The notes beneath the pieces were generated by a model, which saw only the letters and a program-made list of their open reading frames with translations, was not told the DNA's origin and searched no databases. A program made the translations under genes and the position numbers. This document shows, piece by piece, positions 37,046 through 41,625 of a stretch of DNA of 41,625 nt (position 1 is its first letter; every line of letters starts with the position of its first letter). The stretch lies in sequence record SRR20825006_2611. One strand, written 5' to 3'.

Positions 37046-38077
37046 ATGAGCGTTACATTTGAAATACGTGATACGGACACCAAACAATTGATCAATGATC
37101 TGGCCGATAACCTTAAAATAGATGTCGAGGAAGAAAACAACGAACACTGCCTACGTTTACCCTCCAAATTGGGTTCAGGGTTCGTTAAGGGCACTTGTTT
37201 TGAAAACGGAGTGGGCGTTTTGGAATTTGATTGCCAACTAAAAAAAGAACTGGTACTGGAATTCAAAAAAGGATTGGTACACCCTTTAAAACTTATTTTT
37301 AACAGGGAATCCCCTATTGTGCACAGGTTCGATGAAATCGATGGGGAGCATGAAATACAACGATTGGAGAACGCTATTTTATCGAGCACGCCACACAATA
37401 ACCATATATTCCGTTTTCCGGCCAATCAACCCATTTGTGTTTATAGTTTGGAGATCAACAGGAAACTTTTTGAGGATAAGATCAGTGAGTTCCTTCCTGA
37501 AATGAATACAGATTTAATGGATCTCTTCCGCGATCTGAACGGTACCCAACTGTTTTATCACAAATCCCATTACAGTCTGGAAATTGCAAAGTTTATGGAA
37601 GAATTTACAGAGTGTGATCTAACTGATTTTATGAAGACTGTATATCAGGAAGGCAAGGCATATGAAATACTTTCACATCAGTTACAACAGTATCTAGATG
37701 ACCTGAACGGGTCTGGAGAACATAAAATACTCAGACAGGCCACCCTATCCAAAATTGAAAAAGCTGCAGAAATAATCCATGATGAGCTAAACAGAATGGA
37801 CAATATTGTTAGTTTGGCCAAAAGAGTGGGATTGAACCAAACCACATTGCAACTTGGGTTTAAAAAGCTTTACAATGCATCGGTAAACGAATACATCCGA
37901 AATTACAGGATTGAAAAGACCAAAGAATACCTGGAAAATACCGACATGAACATTACTGAAATAAGTTATAAGGTAGGGATAAATTCCAGAAGCTATCTTT
38001 CCAAGCTCTTTAAGGAAAAGTACAATATCACACCAAAGGAATATCACACTCAGGTCAAAAATGGCCATTCAAAATAA
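37046..38077 (+). CDS. AraC-family transcriptional regulator (343 aa), paralog-like to 31694-32716
   Basis: GLNQTTLQLGFK, DMNITEISYKVGINSRSYLSKLFKEKYNITPKEY; N-terminal LGSGFVKGTCFENGV resembles LGQGLIKGISFKGGI. Confidence 0.93.
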   Translation: MSVTFEIRDTDTKQLINDLADNLKIDVEEENNEHCLRLPSKLGSGFVKGTCFENGVGVLEFDCQLKKELVLEFKKGLVHPLKLIFNRESPIVHRFDEIDGEHEIQRLENAILSSTPHNNHIFRFPANQPICVYSLEINRKLFEDKISEFLPEMNTDLMDLFRDLNGTQLFYHKSHYSLEIAKFMEEFTECDLTDFMKTVYQEGKAYEILSHQLQQYLDDLNGSGEHKILRQATLSKIEKAAEIIHDELNRMDNIVSLAKRVGLNQTTLQLGFKKLYNASVNEYIRNYRIEKTKEYLENTDMNITEISYKVGINSRSYLSKLFKEKYNITPKEYHTQVKNGHSK

Positions 38078-38113
38078 TTTTCTATTTTGATTTAATCTTT
38101 ACTTGTACAGTTT

Positions 38114-38554
38114 TTATGATTGTGCAATCTTTCCCAATCTTTTTATGATGTTCAAGTCATTGGAGATTTTGTTCATTTGTTGGCGAATGATTACCTCTAC
38201 ACTGGAAGGCAGATCTATTTCCTGCAATACCATTCTATAACTATCAAGCGTTGCTCCCTCGGCTTCTATGGCTCCTACAAACATAGGCTCGTTCCTGTTT
38301 ATGGAAAAATCCATCCATCCCTGTTGCAATGTTCCTGCGGAGCCTACGTTTTCCCTTATTTCTTGATTGAACTTCATCATCTCTATTTTCAGTTCATGCC
38401 CAAAATGACAGCGTTCCTTGGCCTTATCGAAAAAAAAGTTTTTTAAAGAGGGACTATCGGCTAATTTCCCCGCCCTTTCAAACTCATTTTCAGAAATATA
38501 TATTTTTTCCAGAAGATTATTGAGTTTCTTCCCCAGTGATCGAGAATAGTTCAT
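38114..38554 (-). CDS. PA2169 / DUF2383-like ferritin-like four-helix bundle protein
   Basis: KLNNLLEK, LKNFF..KAKER..FGHELK.E, GSAGTLQQGWMD pattern; appears diverged. Confidence 0.8.
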   Translation of the reverse strand: MNYSRSLGKKLNNLLEKIYISENEFERAGKLADSPSLKNFFFDKAKERCHFGHELKIEMMKFNQEIRENVGSAGTLQQGWMDFSINRNEPMFVGAIEAEGATLDSYRMVLQEIDLPSSVEVIIRQQMNKISNDLNIIKRLGKIAQS

Positions 38555-38614
38555 TTACTTTTGATTTTAAGGGGGATGGCTTTATCGGGGGGAGTAAGAA
38601 TTCATCCTTATAAC

Positions 38615-38812
38615 TAAAGATACTTCAAAATAAAGTTCAGCGACTATCTCAGAAAAAATGATTGTTGACCCATTTGATCAACATATCTGTACAAAGAACA
38701 CAAAAACATGCCCATTGCTGTCTTAATGGAAGCACAGGGGTTGACCTCCACTTTTTGAGTCAATATTTTTTTTGAATATGCTAAGGCAAAAAAATAAAAA
38801 CCTATAGTTTCA
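38615..38812. promoter_or_regulatory. Divergent promoters with stress-cluster boxes
   Basis: Leftward: TTGACCCATTT (38665-38675) 42 bp from TATCTTTA (38615-38622, minus). Rightward: revcomp TTGACTCAAAA (38753-38763) and TTAGCATATTC (38774-38784), 41 and 20 bp from TAGTTTCA (38805-38812). Confidence 0.6.
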
Positions 38813-38869
38813 CCCAACCAATGATTAATCATTGGAATAACCTAGCCATCAACTTTAAGATGACTCATT

Positions 38870-39070
38870 ATGAATAAGAAAGATCAAAAACAGCCTCAAG
38901 AAAATACGGAACTGGTTAAAGATGAAAACAGCCCCAAACGAAACTATATTTTCCAAAAAAGTGGTATTACCAAACTAGGATTTGTAATCATATTGGCTAT
39001 ACTCATACTCATCATATTTGGAATTGTTCTTTCGGGGCTCTTTTTTGAAACACCGGACTTTGCTTCCTAG
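38870..39070 (+). CDS. Small single-pass membrane protein (66 aa)
   Basis: Charged N-terminus, one long hydrophobic helix; fills an intergenic gap and has a candidate promoter. Confidence 0.72.
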   Translation: MNKKDQKQPQENTELVKDENSPKRNYIFQKSGITKLGFVIILAILILIIFGIVLSGLFFETPDFAS

Positions 39071-39117
39071 GCATTGTACTGGTATAATGTTTTACCTTTG
39101 GTCGGCTGAACCTGGAT

Positions 39118-39726
39118 TCAACTTTCCCAAACTTCTTTAAATACAAAGTCTTCTTGGGGTATTCTTTGTCGGTCGGCCTGCTCGCTTTCCTGAAGTTTTT
39201 TGGGCAGCTTATCCAGTTGTCCACCATAATATCCTACAGCAATAGCGGATGAAACATGGTATCCGTCCGGCACATTGAATTCTTTCTCGGCTTTTTTCCA
39301 ATCCACACCGGCCATGTGGTGCAGTCCTATATCCAAATATTGGGCTTGTACGGACATACTGCCCAAGCAAAGCCCCAAATCGTGCAGCGCATGGAAGTTT
39401 TCTTTTCCTTCATCCGTTGTTTCTTTGTAAATGGCCAACATTAGCAAAGGGGCTTCTGGAGCCCATTTCTTGTTAAAATCACTTAAGCAATCTACAATCT
39501 TTTCAAAAGCTTCAGAGCCTTTTTCGGCATAAATGAATCGCCATGGTTGCAAATTATTTGAACTGGCGGACCATCGTGCAGCTTCAAAAAGTTGATTCAA
39601 TTGGCCTTTTTTAATTTTCTCTTCCCTAAATGTTCTGGGGCTATATCTTTGCTTTAACAAAGCAAAAATTTCGTGATCGGTATCCGCTATTTTACCTAGT
39701 CTGATTTGTTCCAATTCTTTTTTCAT
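39118..39726 (-). CDS. Nitroreductase family protein
   Basis: QRYSPRTF, EAARWSASSNNLQPWRF, HDLG, HHMAG, IAVGY. Confidence 0.93.
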   Translation of the reverse strand: MKKELEQIRLGKIADTDHEIFALLKQRYSPRTFREEKIKKGQLNQLFEAARWSASSNNLQPWRFIYAEKGSEAFEKIVDCLSDFNKKWAPEAPLLMLAIYKETTDEGKENFHALHDLGLCLGSMSVQAQYLDIGLHHMAGVDWKKAEKEFNVPDGYHVSSAIAVGYYGGQLDKLPKKLQESEQADRQRIPQEDFVFKEVWES

Positions 39727-39740
39727 TGCTCTTTTTTATT

Positions 39741-39800
39741 TAAGTATACTTTTATCAATTCAGATCAGTTGTTGCTAAACCTTATTATTTTGACGCTATT
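39741..39800 (-). promoter_or_regulatory. Nitroreductase promoter with stress-cluster box
   Basis: TATACTTA (39741-39748, minus); TTGACGCTATT (39790-39800) 41 bp upstream. Confidence 0.58.
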
Positions 39801-39866
39801 GCATTAAAGAAATCCCATCGGTCTTTTTTGAACAAAATCAAGTTCAATCAATCTTTTGCCATCACG

Positions 39867-40883
39867 TTATTGAACATCTTCTTTACCATACTCCCTTTTG
39901 TAAATCCTTACGATTACTAAAAACAGATTGATTAGCAAAGGGCCAAAAACCAGGCCTATGAATCCAAACAGCGGTATTCCCACAATAACCCCTATCAAAG
40001 TGATCAGCGGGTGCACATCGTCCAGTTTTTTGAGCACGTACAATCTGATGATGTTGTCCGTTAAGCCTACCACAACAATCCCATATATCAGAATCCCCCA
40101 AGCTTGAAAGGTTTGCCCATTGCTCAGGGAGAGTATAAAGACCGGAAGGGTTCCTAAAAAATTACCTACAAAGGGAATCATTGAGCCAATGGTAACCATG
40201 AGAGCCCAAAAAAATGGGTTTTCGATTCCAAATATCAAGAAACCGATCAAAGCAACAACTCCTTGGGCCAAAGCCACCAATGGGATTCCCAATGTATTTG
40301 CTTTGACAATATCCCGTATTTCCTCTCCAATAATCGTTAGGTTCTTGTTGCTTATGGGAACATAATCAAAAAGAGATTTGTAAAGTTTTTTTTGATTGGT
40401 AAGCATGTAATACAGAAGAAAATACATTATGGATATGGCGATTGCGGTATTGAAGGTACCCCCCACAAAACCTTGCAGACTTCCCGACAGCCATTCAGAT
40501 ACGGCAGAAGCATCTACTTGTGAGCTGAACTTGTACCCCACTAGATTTTCAAAATACTGTATTTGCGATTTTATAATGGATGTGAGCTTTTCCGAATTAT
40601 CCAACGCCTTACTGATTTTGTTTCCCAACATTAGCAAGGCCCCCGAAATCGGCAACAGTATAATAAAAAAGGACATTACCATTAGCAAACTGGCAGAGAG
40701 TACTGGATTCCATCCTTTGCCTACCAATTTTTTCATTGGCTTTTTCAATAATACAAACAACGTAATTGTTCCGAGTACTCCCGAAAAATAGGGCGCCATT
40801 TCCAACATGATCAACCCTCCGATCAATAAAATTAAAAGGAGAATAAAAATCTGGCGGATTATTTTTGGGTGGATATATTTCAT
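39867..40883 (-). CDS. AI-2E family transporter (UPF0118)
   Basis: Multiple TM helices; SMIPFVG, DNIIR, HPLITLIGVIVG..LFGFIGLVFGP. Confidence 0.92.
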   Translation of the reverse strand: MKYIHPKIIRQIFILLLILLIGGLIMLEMAPYFSGVLGTITLFVLLKKPMKKLVGKGWNPVLSASLLMVMSFFIILLPISGALLMLGNKISKALDNSEKLTSIIKSQIQYFENLVGYKFSSQVDASAVSEWLSGSLQGFVGGTFNTAIAISIMYFLLYYMLTNQKKLYKSLFDYVPISNKNLTIIGEEIRDIVKANTLGIPLVALAQGVVALIGFLIFGIENPFFWALMVTIGSMIPFVGNFLGTLPVFILSLSNGQTFQAWGILIYGIVVVGLTDNIIRLYVLKKLDDVHPLITLIGVIVGIPLFGFIGLVFGPLLINLFLVIVRIYKREYGKEDVQ

Positions 40884-40911
40884 AAACTTATTTAAATTGA
40901 AATCGCTTTTA

Positions 40912-41151
40912 TCAGTGGTTTCTCAAAGCACCTATGAGCTCTTTTTTTGACATTTTGGAACGGCCTTCTATACCTACCATCTTGGCCTTTTTATATAGTT
41001 CTTGCTTGGTCCATTCTTCATAAGGGCTTGCTTTCCCTCCTTTTTTTCCTGAATCCGGTGTATTTGCAATCCGGGCCGACTTTTCTTTACTGTAGCCCTT
41101 ATCCCTCAGAGCTTCATACTGTTCTTCATTTTTTATTTGTGGATTTGGCAT
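40912..41151 (-). CDS. Small basic protein with C-terminal Rho_N-like helical domain
   Basis: IKNEEQYEALRDKGYSKEKSARIAN plus WTKQELYKKAK..GIEGRSKMSKKELIGALR; start moved to ATG 41151 (79 aa). Confidence 0.88.
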   Translation of the reverse strand: MPNPQIKNEEQYEALRDKGYSKEKSARIANTPDSGKKGGKASPYEEWTKQELYKKAKMVGIEGRSKMSKKELIGALRNH

Positions 41152-41196
41152 AACACTAATTTTTGATTTGTTATAAGATTTAATACCTGACCTTTT

Positions 41197-41359
41197 CAAA
41201 ATTTAAAAAATCAAGTGGGTATGCTTGCCCCATTTGACTTTTTTATTGTCTTTATAGGCATAATCAATCCTTGATAACCGTAAAAAAGATCAAACTTTTG
41301 ATTGCGTCAATATTTTAAGTTTCCGAGGTGATCTCCCGCGATGGAAAGAAATACATTGG
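41197..41359. promoter_or_regulatory. Divergent promoters with stress-cluster boxes
   Basis: Leftward: TTGCCCCATTT (41225-41235) 20 bp from AAATTTTG (41197-41204, minus; assignment ambiguous). Rightward: revcomp TTGACGCAATC (41300-41310) 41 bp from TACATTGG (41352-41359). Confidence 0.6.
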
Positions 41360-41391
41360 ATGTATAATTATTAATTTAAAATTTTACAGAT

Positions 41392-41577
41392 ATGAACAAC
41401 GATCAATTAGAAGGCAAGTGGAAACAGGTAAAAGGAAAGTTCAAAGAAAAATATGGTGAGCTTACTGATGACGACCTGAAATATTCTGAAGGAAAGTTTG
41501 ACCAAATGTTGGGAAGACTTCAAGAAAAGACAGGAAATTCCAAAGAAGCTTTGAAAAAGGAAATCGAAAAATTATAG
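41392..41577 (+). CDS. csbD: CsbD family general stress protein
   Basis: DQLEGKWKQVKGKFKEKYGELTDDDL...GRLQEKTG signature. Confidence 0.95.
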   Translation: MNNDQLEGKWKQVKGKFKEKYGELTDDDLKYSEGKFDQMLGRLQEKTGNSKEALKKEIEKL

Positions 41578-41595
41578 GTTAAACCGGTTTTCCAT

Positions 41596-41625
41596 AAAAA
41601 AGCCCTCAAAATTTTGAGGGCTTTT
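41596..41625 (+). terminator. Intrinsic terminator (probably bidirectional; T tract cut by the window edge)
   Basis: Perfect palindrome AAAAGCCCTCAAAATTTTGAGGGCTTTT (41598-41625). Confidence 0.88.

Noticed and set aside
36994-37425. 143-aa minus-strand ORF
   Set aside because: Antisense to araC343; Ser-rich composition typical of shadow frames
1-41625. CRISPR array, tRNA/rRNA, transposase, integrase or phage-defence genes
   Set aside because: No repeat-spacer pattern, cloverleaf or relevant protein motif was seen

Overview
Flavobacteriaceae-type (Bacteroidota) chromosomal window with three parts. (1) 350-23013: an L-rhamnose polysaccharide utilisation locus (IPT/TIG lipoprotein, susD, susC, SGNH esterase, unknown lipoprotein, two GH78 rhamnosidases, FucR-like GntR regulator), divergent from a catabolic operon (rhaEW, rhaI-type isomerase, kinase, lldD, NCS1-family permease). 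(2) 23055-29355: two small regulated units, NrtR-like / TolB-like fusion / Tat oxidoreductase and ArsR / LLM monooxygenase / bile-acid:Na+ symporter. (3) 29411-41577: a cluster of general-stress-type genes (CsbD, YdaG/Gsp26-like, PA2169-like, Rho_N, AI-2E, SYLF, nitroreductase, small proteins) around a CHASE3-like/PAS kinase, a stand-alone receiver and three AraC regulators. The strongest signals are non-coding. A TTGACnCAwT-like box sits about 41 bp and/or 20 bp upstream of a weak Bacteroidota -7 box at about 11 promoters of the stress cluster, suggesting an AraC-activated general stress regulon. A tandem (CTGTn)4-like box sits exactly 19 bp upstream of the -7 box at six rhamnose promoters. 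Motifs were found by eye and not scored statistically. No rRNA, tRNA, CRISPR or transposase was seen.
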